A DNA stretch of 48,380 nt from a candidate division WOR-3 bacterium (GTDB lineage Bacteria; Hydrothermota; Hydrothermia; B15-G9; WFZT01): positions 1 through 48,380 of the forward strand of contig JALUEE010000027.1 of assembly GCA_027053075.1 (NCBI GenBank). Reading direction: 5' to 3'. Numbering within the stretch: the stretch's first letter is position 1; every line of letters starts with the position of its first letter. Positions 10,163-20,100 of the stretch are shown one piece after another. A program made the translations under genes and the position numbers. A model generated the notes under the pieces. It had not been told where the DNA came from. It did not search any database and saw nothing but the letters and a program-made list of their open reading frames with translations.

Positions 10163-11905
10163 TTAGACTTTGAAAATGGAGGTACTCTCTACGAGGCTTC
10201 TAACAGATTGAACCAGTTCTTCGTAGGCCTCGGCTATTTGCTTTGCAGAAGCGCTCAATGTTTTGATGGCTGAATTGAGATTGCTGGCAGCAATTGCAAC
10301 ATTTTCACTGGACTTCTTTTCCTCATTGGTATACTGGACAGCCTCACCCGTCCAGTCTCTAATGAGTCTGGAACTCTCTATGATTTCCTTAAGATACTTC
10401 CTTGTTTGCTTGATATTTTGCTCACCTGTTGATGCCTCGGCCAAACTGGTCTCAAAGTTCAATACCGCTTTTTCTATGGTATCGTTTATCTCGTGGGCAA
10501 GATTTTCGATGCTCCTTGCAGCTTTATCGGAGTCACCGGCCAATTTTCGAATTTCCTCAGCCACGATAGTAAACCTTTTCCCGCTCTCCCCTGCGGCCTC
10601 CGCCTCAATCGCCGCGTTGACCGAAAGGATACGCGTCTCCCTGGCCACATTCTGGATTGATCTCACGATATCAACAATGCCAGCAGCTTTATTTTCCAGC
10701 GAAAGAATTTCATCAGAAACTGTCTGAATCCAGTTTATCAAGCTGGAGTACTTGTCCAGGGTATCCTGCATGACCGAATTGGCGTTCACAATTTTTTCCA
10801 TGGTCTCCTCTGCAAATTTAGCGACCCGGGAAATGAAAGAGTGTATTTCTTCAGAAGTTTTCTCAAGCTCCTGAGCAGCAGCTGACAGCTCCCCCACTGC
10901 TCCGGTCTGCTCCATAATAGAGGCAAAGGATGAGTCAATGGAACTCTTAATCTGCTCACTCAGTTTGTTAATAGACTCGGCTGTGATTTTAATTTTTTTG
11001 ACAATAGTTGCATTTCTATCCAGCATTTCGTTTAAATAGAGCACTATAGAACCGATCTCATCGGGAGTAATGGAATAGGCGCGCACATTCAAATAACCTT
11101 CAGTGATTTTCGGAAACACATCTCTTAAGATCTTTAGTGCCCTGCTTCTTTTTATCCCTTCGAGGATTACCACAAAGGTCACAACGAGGAAAAGCACAAT
11201 GGAAAAAATCATCATGATCTTGAGGTAATGTCCTCGAGCTTGAAGGGCGATCTGATGCACATTTTTGTAAGTATCCCCGAGTAGATAGATTATCTGGGAG
11301 GAATACCTGTTAAAGGCACCATATTCGATTAAAGTAGCATAAATTACAGAAAAAAGGACCGTTGTTATAACCCCTATGGGAAGCTCATATTTGAGGCTTC
11401 TCTTGAGGAAACCAAATCTCTCGCGTTTATCAATCTTCAGACTTTCCAGTATGTAAGTGGTAAACAGGTCAAGTCCCGCAAGGATTATCATTGAGTACGC
11501 AAGAGAGCTGGCAAAAATCCAGAGGATAAAGGCATAAAAAGCATCGTCCGCCAGCGTGGTTGCCCCTCTGATGTAAACATACCCCATAGGCAATACACCT
11601 GTAACAATAAAGGCATAAATTGAGAGGAAAAGAGGCAAATCAAAAGTTCTTTTGACAACAAGTCTCCTGTCAACCCTGGCCTTGCCTGTAACGTAACCTG
11701 AGATGGGAATAGTATAAACTATATAAAAAATGGAAATTGCAAAGACAGAAAAGATTGCTATGTATATGCCCAATTTAACGGCGAGGTCAACATGGGCTTT
11801 ATCAGCAAAAAGCAGTCTGGGTCCTATCCAGTAACTCACGAACAATTCTACAAGTAGCCAGAAGAATACCCACAAATTTATTAAATTAAAGCCCTTTCTC
11901 TCCAT
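10163..11905 (-). CDS. methyl-accepting chemotaxis protein
   Basis: Multi-TM N-terminus, HAMP-like DEIG segment and signalling tip LSVNAAIEA...IVAEEIRKLA. Confidence 0.88.
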   Translation of the reverse strand: MERKGFNLINLWVFFWLLVELFVSYWIGPRLLFADKAHVDLAVKLGIYIAIFSVFAISIFYIVYTIPISGYVTGKARVDRRLVVKRTFDLPLFLSIYAFIVTGVLPMGYVYIRGATTLADDAFYAFILWIFASSLAYSMIILAGLDLFTTYILESLKIDKRERFGFLKRSLKYELPIGVITTVLFSVIYATLIEYGAFNRYSSQIIYLLGDTYKNVHQIALQARGHYLKIMMIFSIVLFLVVTFVVILEGIKRSRALKILRDVFPKITEGYLNVRAYSITPDEIGSIVLYLNEMLDRNATIVKKIKITAESINKLSEQIKSSIDSSFASIMEQTGAVGELSAAAQELEKTSEEIHSFISRVAKFAEETMEKIVNANSVMQDTLDKYSSLINWIQTVSDEILSLENKAAGIVDIVRSIQNVARETRILSVNAAIEAEAAGESGKRFTIVAEEIRKLAGDSDKAARSIENLAHEINDTIEKAVLNFETSLAEASTGEQNIKQTRKYLKEIIESSRLIRDWTGEAVQYTNEEKKSSENVAIAASNLNSAIKTLSASAKQIAEAYEELVQSVRSLVESTSIFKV

Positions 11906-11906
11906 C

Positions 11907-13703
11907 TCACTTCTCCTCGTTTATCTTAAATCTCTTTATTTCCTGGTTGAGAATTTCAATCTGGTTGCTGAAATTATTGAAGCTATTTTCGAGGTCATGG
12001 GAGGACTGGCGAATCATCTCGATAGCCTTTTTAACTTCTTTCAGCGCCTCGGCAAGCTGTTTTATAGACGTTTCCTGCTGCCCTGTAGATCTCTCAATAA
12101 TGGAAATGCTCTTTCTTCCCTCAATAACACTTGAAAATAAAAGGTCAAGGGTTTTTCTGGCTTCACCAATCTTTGCAAGGCTTTTGCCAGCATCTGAAAC
12201 GCTCTTCTCTGTTGTAGTTATTGCTTCACTTGCTGCCTGTGTGATCTCTTTTATGATAGACTCAATTTGTGATGCAAAATTCTTCGCGTCTTCTGCGAGT
12301 TTTCTGATCTCCGACGCAATGATGGAGAATCTCTTACCGTACTCCCCGGCAACAGATGCCTCTATTGAGGCATTTATAGATAAAAGATGGGTATCATCGG
12401 CAATTTTATAAATGACATTGCCCACCTCTCCGATCATTGAGATTTTCTGGGAGAGGTTTTGAACCTTATCAGAGATGTTTTGAATACCTGCGGTGAGAAG
12501 GTCTATATCCTTAAAAAGACCTTCAAGAAGGGCTTTGTTTGCTTCAACTGTGTCTCCAGCCTTCTCCATCTTCTGGTTAAGGTCCTGAATCTGGCTGTGA
12601 ATGTCCTCCACAGAGCGTTTGAACTCTTCTATACTGGCTGATATCTGCTGGACAGACGCTGAAATCTCGGCAATTGAAGTGGAATTGTCGGTTATGGATT
12701 TCTTAATATTATTCGAAAGGGCATCAATCTGTGAGCCAAGATGAAGGATATTTTTCACCATTCTCCCGAGGCTCTCTATCATAAGATTAAACATAGAGGT
12801 GAGCTCGCCCACCTCATCAACCCTGGTAACGGGAATAAATGAGCGAAGGTCACCATTTGCGGCCTTCTCGGTACTCTCAAGCAGATTATAGAGGGATCGT
12901 CGGAGTTCGATGGCAAAAACAATGGGATTCAATGCCACCACAATAAGCAGTATCAGGGGGAGTGTATAAAGATACCCCATCTTCCAGTTCTGAGAGAAGA
13001 GTTCCTCTATGTCATCCTGCAGAAAACCAATCTCTGTTATAGCATCTTCCACAGGCAACTTTCTTATTTTTTCCATTTTCTGTATCACAGCTTTCTTCTC
13101 AACTTCCATTTTCGCATGTATCTGGCGGTAACTGGCAAGGGTCATGTAAACGATAGAGATAAAAACGCTCATTATGGTCATGTAGAGAATAACAAGTTTG
13201 ACGGAGCGCTTTATATATTTTGGCTTCTGAAAAACCTTCAGCGCTTTATAGTAATCGAGCATGATGAGGCGGAAACCACTGGAAGCCAGCAATCCTACCC
13301 CAAGCCCGGTGGCAAAACTCCAGATGATGAAACTCACAAAATCCAGTCTTGTCCAGAGACCACGCTTAAATAGATCGAGGGCGATTATATAACCTGCCAG
13401 AGTGAAAAGAACTACTATGTAAATGTCAATGTATACAATGTTTCTGTGAGTTTCTACAAAACATTTCTCGCTATTTTCCCTGTTTAGCGTCTTCTCCACG
13501 GCGCTGCAGGGCGAAAAAATTAGAAAAGGCGCTGGTGCAAAGAGGATGACCAGAATGAGATAAACAATAAACGAGGTAAATATGTACCCACCGGAGAACC
13601 TATAAGTCACATTCAGGAAAATCGGGGGCATCACAAAATTGAAGATTAATCCAGCAAAAATCGTGAGAAAAAGCCACAGCTGTGCCTTGCCTTTATTTTC
13701 CAT
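11907..13703 (-). CDS. methyl-accepting chemotaxis protein
   Basis: Multi-TM N-terminus, HAMP (GDL...DEVGELTSMFNLM) and tip LLSINASIEA...IIASEIRKLA. Confidence 0.9.
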   Translation of the reverse strand: MENKGKAQLWLFLTIFAGLIFNFVMPPIFLNVTYRFSGGYIFTSFIVYLILVILFAPAPFLIFSPCSAVEKTLNRENSEKCFVETHRNIVYIDIYIVVLFTLAGYIIALDLFKRGLWTRLDFVSFIIWSFATGLGVGLLASSGFRLIMLDYYKALKVFQKPKYIKRSVKLVILYMTIMSVFISIVYMTLASYRQIHAKMEVEKKAVIQKMEKIRKLPVEDAITEIGFLQDDIEELFSQNWKMGYLYTLPLILLIVVALNPIVFAIELRRSLYNLLESTEKAANGDLRSFIPVTRVDEVGELTSMFNLMIESLGRMVKNILHLGSQIDALSNNIKKSITDNSTSIAEISASVQQISASIEEFKRSVEDIHSQIQDLNQKMEKAGDTVEANKALLEGLFKDIDLLTAGIQNISDKVQNLSQKISMIGEVGNVIYKIADDTHLLSINASIEASVAGEYGKRFSIIASEIRKLAEDAKNFASQIESIIKEITQAASEAITTTEKSVSDAGKSLAKIGEARKTLDLLFSSVIEGRKSISIIERSTGQQETSIKQLAEALKEVKKAIEMIRQSSHDLENSFNNFSNQIEILNQEIKRFKINEEK

Positions 13704-14043
13704 ATTCTTCCCCCTTTTTTAAGCAAAATTCGAGAGTTCCATCAAAATCCACGAGATACACAAGCTTTTTTTCAAAAACACTGATGCCTATAAATGGCAG
13801 GCTTGAAAACATTTCTGGAATTTTGTGGATTTCATCTATTTCAAACACGTCATGAACCTCCTTCACTTTCAGCCCAATATTACCACGCCAGACTACATAT
13901 TTTTCATCCTCTTCTTTGTGAAACAAACACTTTGATGCTGAAACCAGCTCATCGGCCTCTTTAGCGGCAGTTATGCCTGACACTTTTGAAACCTCTACCC
14001 CAAGAACTGAGTCGTTACTTCTGAATATTAGAAACTGATTCAT
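13693..14043 (-). CDS. cheW: CheW-like protein (divergent)
   Basis: FLIF...LGVEVSKVSGI...GLKVKEVHDV...LVYLVD pattern. ATG 14043 with a GAGG SD is preferred over 14073. Confidence 0.65.
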   Translation of the reverse strand: MNQFLIFRSNDSVLGVEVSKVSGITAAKEADELVSASKCLFHKEEDEKYVVWRGNIGLKVKEVHDVFEIDEIHKIPEMFSSLPFIGISVFEKKLVYLVDFDGTLEFCLKKGEEYGK

Positions 14044-14434
14044 ATAAATGTTCCTCGATCCGGTCTGTATCAAGCAACAGAATTACCTTATCCCCGATCT
14101 TGAAATCTCCGATCACAAAGGGGTCTTCAAGCTCTTCAAGGTCGCTCTCTTCAATGGTGACAATATCATAGATGTTGTGGATAGGGAATCCCCAGTCATT
14201 CTCGCGCCCTTTGACAATAAGGAAAAGCTCTTCGTTACCTTCGAAATCCTCTATGCCAAGGATTTTGTTGAGTGAAACGATAATGGTAACCTCTCCCATT
14301 ACCATCGCAAGTCCTTTGAAAATATCAGGAACGAAGGGGATAGGCGTATAACTTATATCCGGCACAATTCGGCGGGTTTTCTTTAGCTCAAAACCATAAA
14401 GCCTGTCGTTAATAACAATAACGAGGACTTTCAT
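14015..14434 (-). CDS. cheW: CheW coupling protein
   Basis: YGFEL, TPIPFVPDIFKGL and GEVTIIVSL. ATG 14434 lies 6 nt after a -10 box. Confidence 0.85.
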   Translation of the reverse strand: MKVLVIVINDRLYGFELKKTRRIVPDISYTPIPFVPDIFKGLAMVMGEVTIIVSLNKILGIEDFEGNEELFLIVKGRENDWGFPIHNIYDIVTIEESDLEELEDPFVIGDFKIGDKVILLLDTDRIEEHLYESVSNIQK

Positions 14435-14440
14435 ACATTT

Positions 14441-14469
14441 ACTATATAGCAAACCCATTAAATCGACAA
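14441..14469 (-). promoter_or_regulatory. putative sigma70 promoter of the chemosensory operon (leaderless)
   Basis: Minus strand TTGTCG-N17-TATAGT-N6-ATG(14434). Confidence 0.55.
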
Positions 14470-14573
14470 GAAAATGCAGTGTTTATTCGTAAAATTTACG
14501 GTTGTCAGCAAAAGTCATCCCACTCTCTCTACACGATGTGTATGGATACACAACTTCTCAAGCGGTGTTCTTT

Positions 14574-17500
14574 CTACTTCAAAACCGCAATCCTCTTCAC
14601 CGTTTTTCCAATCCTGACGAAATAAACTCCGGCTTTGAGATTCCTCACCTTATAAATTCCTCTTCCATTTATGAGTCTTGTCCTGACCACCCTTCCAGTT
14701 ACATCGTAAACTTTGAGCAATTCACGTGAACCCACGTGAGGAATTACTTCGAAGCCTCCGGGTATATAAAAAATTTCAAAAGTTTTCTTCGCCATCCCTT
14801 CGTGCACATCCAAGGGATTAAGCGTGTATCCGGTGATGGAAAAATCATCCAGGTAAAACCCTTCAGCAGTATCCTGTTCGTCACTTACAAACTTAAAAAT
14901 CACCCTTACCGTATCCCCGGCGTGCAAAAAGCGGAGTGGGTATCTGTAAACTGCCCATGAATTCACAAATGAGGTCAGCGAGTCAAGTGCACCACCTGAA
15001 CCGAGAAAATCCAGCGTATCAACAATTCCATCATGAGAGACTTCGATGTAAATACCGTCCGAGCCGTAGGTCGCCACGCTATACCATAGCGCAAAACTAA
15101 GAATTGGCTGGTAAGCGAGTACTATAGGAGGGGATATCGCCTGAGTGGTCCAGTTGTTCCCATAACTCCACGACGCGGGATTGCCACAGTAAAGTGATTT
15201 TTGACCGCCAAGATGTCTTCTCTCCACCACCGACCAGTGGTTCCCAAGAGTCCAGCCCTCAAGTGTAGATTCAAAACCCTCGTGGTAACTCGAATTTCCT
15301 ACCACTCCATCAATAGCACATGAATCCACATATCCTGAAGCCCGGTATGAAAACATCAGAGTAAATCTTTCTCCAATGGGGACTCCACTCTCCACATAAA
15401 GTGGAAGGGTGAAATCTACCTCTCTTAATATCTCCCCAAACGAAAGAGAATCGTTCAAAACCCTTATACCCGGGTTGGAGGAGTTTATATGAATCGTCAC
15501 ATCTCTTGCCGGCGAGGGAGAATAGTTAACCAGTACAATGATAACATTATTTGTGTCGCCGGGAACAATGTTTTCAGTTACATATCCTTCCCCCCTCAGG
15601 ACTGGACGTGTTATAAGCAATCTCAAAAACGAAGTATCACTCCCCATTCTCAAAATCAGGATGGAAATGTGAGGTCTGCAGCTATCTACAGAATATGAAA
15701 AATTAAGGGTATCTGAACCTGATGGCGAAAGTGATGGTAAACTTAAAGTACCGGTAGAAACCTGAAGAACACTGTCAGTAGAAGTAAGTGAAACCTGTAC
15801 CGGCGGTGATGTAGCATTGCCGGAATTCCTGATAATAACTCTCATGATTCCACTCTCTCCGGGAGAAAGAAGAGAGTCAGGATAAGCCCCTGTATCCCTC
15901 ACTAAAATAGTATCTGCAATAAGATTGTAACCGTTAGGCTGAACGTAAATCTGCTTGATAAGGGGCACAAAAGAACGCCTGAAAACTGTCAGAGTCAGGG
16001 GTCCAGAAATATCTGAAGGTATATGCAAAATTATATTGCCATAATGTATGAATCCTCTCTCAACTACGCTGTCTCCTTGGATTAGATACACATGTCCTTT
16101 TAAAATATTTTCAAAACTGATCCTCAGTTCAGAACCCTGAATGACAGTATCGGGGATTTCACCAGAGATTTCCCGCGGTATTTCAGTCCATATGGGCATA
16201 GCAGGGTCACCAAGAAGATTAAGCTGATACTGGTGCCATCTATATACGTTCTCGTCACGTGATAAAGGAACAAATGACACTTTATCAAATGCAAGAGCCA
16301 TACCTGCACGGAACTCGTTGTACCATAATAGAGCGCGATAAAACATCTCATCAAACTTATCCGAGTAGCCGTATCCCGGATTTCCTGGAGAGCCCCAGCC
16401 GTATCGAGAATTACCAATAAACGCCACTCCGCCGCCATGGGGATTTCTTATAAAGTGCTCGGATATTGCATCCCTATCAAATGCCCCAACCCAACAACCT
16501 ATGGAGTAAAGAATTCCAAGCCTCAAACCGTTTGTCAAATTATCAATATCAGATGTTCTAATCACGTCAGGGCCTGTTCCCATAACCGTATACCAGCCAT
16601 GTCCATCGTGGTTTAAGAGGTTAACGCCACCATTTATGGAATTTTCTACCGCTGCAGAGTTTTCATTCCCTCGAGTTTCGTAAAGTTTGGTAATAATTTG
16701 CCCGGGCGGAATATAGAGGCTATCAATCATGTCTTTTGCAACTCCCTCGTCAGTGAACGGATCATTCCACAGTACTTCTGCAAAGAAGAGTACTTTATTT
16801 TGATAGTCCCTGTACTGAGGGGCAGGATTTTCGTATGCTATCACTTTTCTCACGAATGTCATAGCTTCCTCTGAATTCCTGACCGGTGCCCTGCCAACAA
16901 ATACATCTGGATAGAGGTCAACTGAGTCCGCAACTTCGCCAAAAGTTCCGTTATTATTAGCATCCCAGGTGCCGTCAAGGTCAGAATAGTAAAGGTCCGC
17001 CCTTATGCTGTCCTCATCGCTAACGTATCCTGCACCAGAGGTCATGGCATAGGCCACTCTTGCAGGAACCTGCTCAACATCTCCTCCAAGGAGCACAAAG
17101 GTTAGGCCAGAATCCTGATTGCATACTTTAAGGTAGTTTCTTATCTTCTCGGCAAGGTCACGACCTGAATAGTGGGAGCCTATCCACTCCACTGTCCTGA
17201 CCTCAGTTTCAAACCCTAATTTTCTGTACCACCTTGCAAGTGAATCAAAGGCGTTAGACATATCTGTGTTTGTAATGATGAGGTAGTCTATTCCATTTTG
17301 AATTGTATCAATGGAAAGAGAAACATCTTCACTGTTTGCGACGAGTGAAGAGATGGCGTCCTTTATCATTGAGGCAGTGATTCTGGATTTCTTTATAGAG
17401 GTTTTCGCCGGTGTGGTCTCTATTTCGATGTCCACTGATTTGACAAGCTGAAGCTTCCTTCTCACAGGATTGTACCTGTAGGGATAAAAAATGAGTGAGG

Positions 17501-17876
17501 CGACCTTTTGACCTAAAAGTGTATAAATTCCTCTAAAAATAGCAGGCGATTTCGGGTAAAAAGCGTCTTTCCTATAAATCGCAGGGTCCGGATAGCCTTT
17601 TGCAGGCTTCTTGAGTGAAAGTATGGCCGGAGGAGGAACGGCTGGAATATTGAATTTTCCGGGGATGTTCTCAAACTGTATATGCTTAATTTTGAAACTC
17701 TTCAGGTTTCCATCAACTGCGAAAAAGTATGCTTTCATGGGAATTGCGGGGACTCCAGCAGTGGCAGGGAGCACAAAATCCGAATCAAGTACCACAGGCT
17801 TTTGCCCCTTAAAAGTAATTTGTGGCCCGGTTATATGAAAACTAAACGAAACGACGAGGGCAAGTAATAAACTCAT
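14574..17876 (-). CDS. C25 family (gingipain-like) cysteine peptidase with propeptide, Ig-like/beta-sandwich domains and T9SS type-A-like C-terminal domain
   Basis: YLIIT, LLGGD, DLYYSDLDG, VGRAP, catalytic NHDGHG and IGCW, LLGDPAM; C-terminal VYDVTGRVV...AGVYFVRI. AGGAGG SD precedes ATG 17876. Confidence 0.9.
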   Translation of the reverse strand: MSLLLALVVSFSFHITGPQITFKGQKPVVLDSDFVLPATAGVPAIPMKAYFFAVDGNLKSFKIKHIQFENIPGKFNIPAVPPPAILSLKKPAKGYPDPAIYRKDAFYPKSPAIFRGIYTLLGQKVASLIFYPYRYNPVRRKLQLVKSVDIEIETTPAKTSIKKSRITASMIKDAISSLVANSEDVSLSIDTIQNGIDYLIITNTDMSNAFDSLARWYRKLGFETEVRTVEWIGSHYSGRDLAEKIRNYLKVCNQDSGLTFVLLGGDVEQVPARVAYAMTSGAGYVSDEDSIRADLYYSDLDGTWDANNNGTFGEVADSVDLYPDVFVGRAPVRNSEEAMTFVRKVIAYENPAPQYRDYQNKVLFFAEVLWNDPFTDEGVAKDMIDSLYIPPGQIITKLYETRGNENSAAVENSINGGVNLLNHDGHGWYTVMGTGPDVIRTSDIDNLTNGLRLGILYSIGCWVGAFDRDAISEHFIRNPHGGGVAFIGNSRYGWGSPGNPGYGYSDKFDEMFYRALLWYNEFRAGMALAFDKVSFVPLSRDENVYRWHQYQLNLLGDPAMPIWTEIPREISGEIPDTVIQGSELRISFENILKGHVYLIQGDSVVERGFIHYGNIILHIPSDISGPLTLTVFRRSFVPLIKQIYVQPNGYNLIADTILVRDTGAYPDSLLSPGESGIMRVIIRNSGNATSPPVQVSLTSTDSVLQVSTGTLSLPSLSPSGSDTLNFSYSVDSCRPHISILILRMGSDTSFLRLLITRPVLRGEGYVTENIVPGDTNNVIIVLVNYSPSPARDVTIHINSSNPGIRVLNDSLSFGEILREVDFTLPLYVESGVPIGERFTLMFSYRASGYVDSCAIDGVVGNSSYHEGFESTLEGWTLGNHWSVVERRHLGGQKSLYCGNPASWSYGNNWTTQAISPPIVLAYQPILSFALWYSVATYGSDGIYIEVSHDGIVDTLDFLGSGGALDSLTSFVNSWAVYRYPLRFLHAGDTVRVIFKFVSDEQDTAEGFYLDDFSITGYTLNPLDVHEGMAKKTFEIFYIPGGFEVIPHVGSRELLKVYDVTGRVVRTRLINGRGIYKVRNLKAGVYFVRIGKTVKRIAVLK

Positions 17877-18244
17877 AACCCAACCTCCTTTTCTCAAATG
17901 GTAATGACCCACCGCCAAACATGCAAGAAAATCCGTGAGTCTGCTTCAAAATTACCAAATTGCCGGTTTGAATAAATAAGCAATTGCTCTTATATGATGA
18001 ACTTATTAGATCCGAATATGAGGAGAGTTTGCTTATCCAAAAACCTCTTATTCCTGAAAAAATCACTCTTGGGGAGAGTTACATCTTGAATTCATAAATT
18101 TCACATGGAAAGGCCCCCACCTTATCTTTCCCTGAAGAGAAGAAAAGAAAATCTTCAGATTCATCTGAAGCGCGAGATAATGGGCTCGGGGGAAAAGTGT
18201 CGCAACCAATATTCAAGCCTCTTCGATCACGATCCTCGTAATAT

Positions 18245-18369
18245 GAGCCTGTTCGAAAAAATCTCAAATTCTTTGATTTTTGAGGAAAAATTTACCCCCC
18301 ACCTTGTTCCTCCCCCCACGCACAAAGTGCGTGGGGGGAGGAGAGGAGGGGGAATTTTCGAACAAGCTC
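18245..18369. mobile_element. MITE copy 1 (125 bp)
   Basis: TIRs gagcctgttcgaaaa / ttttcgaacaagctc, flanking direct repeat tcgtaatat (18236-18244 and 18370-18378), internal GC-rich hairpin. Near-identical to 29379..29504. Confidence 0.9.
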
Positions 18370-18377
18370 TCGTAATA

Positions 18378-18406
18378 TTGATATTTTTCTCCCGATGAAA
18401 TAAAAT
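18378..18406 (+). promoter_or_regulatory. putative sigma70 promoter of the AAA ATPase
   Basis: TTGATA-N17-TAAAAT. Confidence 0.6.
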
Positions 18407-18416
18407 TTTTCATGCA

Positions 18417-19631
18417 ATGAAAAAATTTCACTACCGCAAAAGATGGCTTGCTCACTCTGTCAAAATTGCCACTGAAATGATGGAAAGTGGAGCTATTTCT
18501 GTTATTACCCTCACTGGCGCAAGACAGGTTGGTAAAACCACATTCGTGAAGCACGAAGAGCCTTTTAGCTCTTGGGGTTATATCAATCTGGATGATTTAG
18601 ATACACTGGCTATAATTAAGAAAAATCCTGAACTTGTGCTGAGAAAAGAGAAGCATCTTGTTATAGATGAGATTCAAAGGGCACCAGAACTCCTTTTAAA
18701 TATCAAACTCCTTGCGGACAACGAAAATTTTAAATTCTTACTCACAGGCTCAGCAAATATTCTGGTTATGAAAAATGTTAGCGAAACTCTGGCTGGTAGA
18801 AGTGTTATTTTTTCACTCTTACCATTTGCCCTGAGAGAATGGGAAGAAAAAGCCCCAGGAGTGCTATTTGATTTCTTGTATAATGAGATTGAGCCAGAGG
18901 GAAGGAGAATCCAGAAGGTAGATGTAAAATCGAGGATAATAAATGGGTCAATGCCAGCAACAATGCTCTTAAAGAGAAGTTACAGGATTTGGTGGTATGG
19001 ATATATCAAAACTTACATTGAGAGGGATTTAAGGGACATTTCCTCTATTTCCAATCTTGCAGATTTCCATAGAATGCTTGAAATCTTAGCCCACATGACC
19101 GGTAACTTACTGGTAGAAACTGATATTGCGAGAAATATTGGAATAAGCGTGCCAACAACTCACAGATGGATCAATATCCTTGAGACCTCATTCATAATCT
19201 TCAAGTTAAGACCATATCTCAAAGGAAAGATTTCGAGAATAAGGAAAACACCCAAGATTTATTTTATTGACCCTGCTCTGAGTTTCCATTTAATGAAGAC
19301 GGAAGAGCCCACACAAAAAGAATGGGGACGACTGTTTGAAAATTTTGTTTTTCTCCAGCTCTTAGCAATGAAAAATGCCTTTGGTGGAGAATTATACTTC
19401 TGGCGAACCTCAGGTAGCACAGAAAGAGAAGTGGACTTTGTCCTGGAGTATAAGAGAAGGGTCATTGGCATAGAGGCTAAATTTAAAGAGGAAGTTACAA
19501 TGAAAGATGCTACCAATCTTATATTTTTCTGTGAAAACAACGATTGTGAAGCTGGATTTATCGTTTACACAGGTGATAGGATCATCAAGCTCTTAAGCAA
19601 TATCTGGGCAATACCTGTTGGGGAGATTTAA
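18417..19631 (+). CDS. AAA_14-type ATPase with DUF4143 (PD-(D/E)xK-like) C-terminus
   Basis: GARQVGKT, VIDEIQ, TGSA, SETLAGR, KIYFIDP, LFENFV, YFWRT and EVDF...IEAK. Confidence 0.9.
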   Translation: MKKFHYRKRWLAHSVKIATEMMESGAISVITLTGARQVGKTTFVKHEEPFSSWGYINLDDLDTLAIIKKNPELVLRKEKHLVIDEIQRAPELLLNIKLLADNENFKFLLTGSANILVMKNVSETLAGRSVIFSLLPFALREWEEKAPGVLFDFLYNEIEPEGRRIQKVDVKSRIINGSMPATMLLKRSYRIWWYGYIKTYIERDLRDISSISNLADFHRMLEILAHMTGNLLVETDIARNIGISVPTTHRWINILETSFIIFKLRPYLKGKISRIRKTPKIYFIDPALSFHLMKTEEPTQKEWGRLFENFVFLQLLAMKNAFGGELYFWRTSGSTEREVDFVLEYKRRVIGIEAKFKEEVTMKDATNLIFFCENNDCEAGFIVYTGDRIIKLLSNIWAIPVGEI

Positions 19632-19758
19632 ATTTACAGATTCCTGTACGATGAATTTATTTAATTGTTGGACTCTATGATAGATCTCTACGGAATAAAC
19701 ATGGAAAGGATGTATGAGTTATAAAGTGAAGTAATCCTCATAGGGCAACCTGAGTTTA

Positions 19759-20100
19759 TTACCACTTTTCATTTCTCATAATTTTCTCAATTTTAATTTT
19801 TAGTTCCGGAACATCTTTATGAATAGTTTTCCATATGATTTCGTAATTCACTCCGAAATATTCATGGATAAGCTTATCCCTCATCCCCGCAATTTCTTTC
19901 CAAGGAACCTCCGGATATTTTTCCTTAAACTCTGCTGGCAAATTTTTAACCGCCTCACCTATTATTTCAAGACTTCTTATAAATGCACGTACCAAAACGG
20001 GGTCTTTAATAAAATCACCAAAGCTCATTCCTTTGGATTTTTCCATCAGAAATTCGCATTCCTGTAAGATATGTTTAAGATAGGGCTTAGGGGATTTCAT
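19759..20100 (-). CDS. hepT: HepT-like HEPN RNase toxin (DUF86)
   Basis: LEIIGEA, PWKEIAGM and the RX4HXY motif RDKLIHEY. Confidence 0.9.
   Translation of the reverse strand: MKSPKPYLKHILQECEFLMEKSKGMSFGDFIKDPVLVRAFIRSLEIIGEAVKNLPAEFKEKYPEVPWKEIAGMRDKLIHEYFGVNYEIIWKTIHKDVPELKIKIEKIMRNEKW

Noticed and set aside
18079..18554. ORFs 18079..18267, 18105..18398 and 18264..18554
   Set aside because: They run through the MITE or antisense to the ATPase and show no protein motifs.
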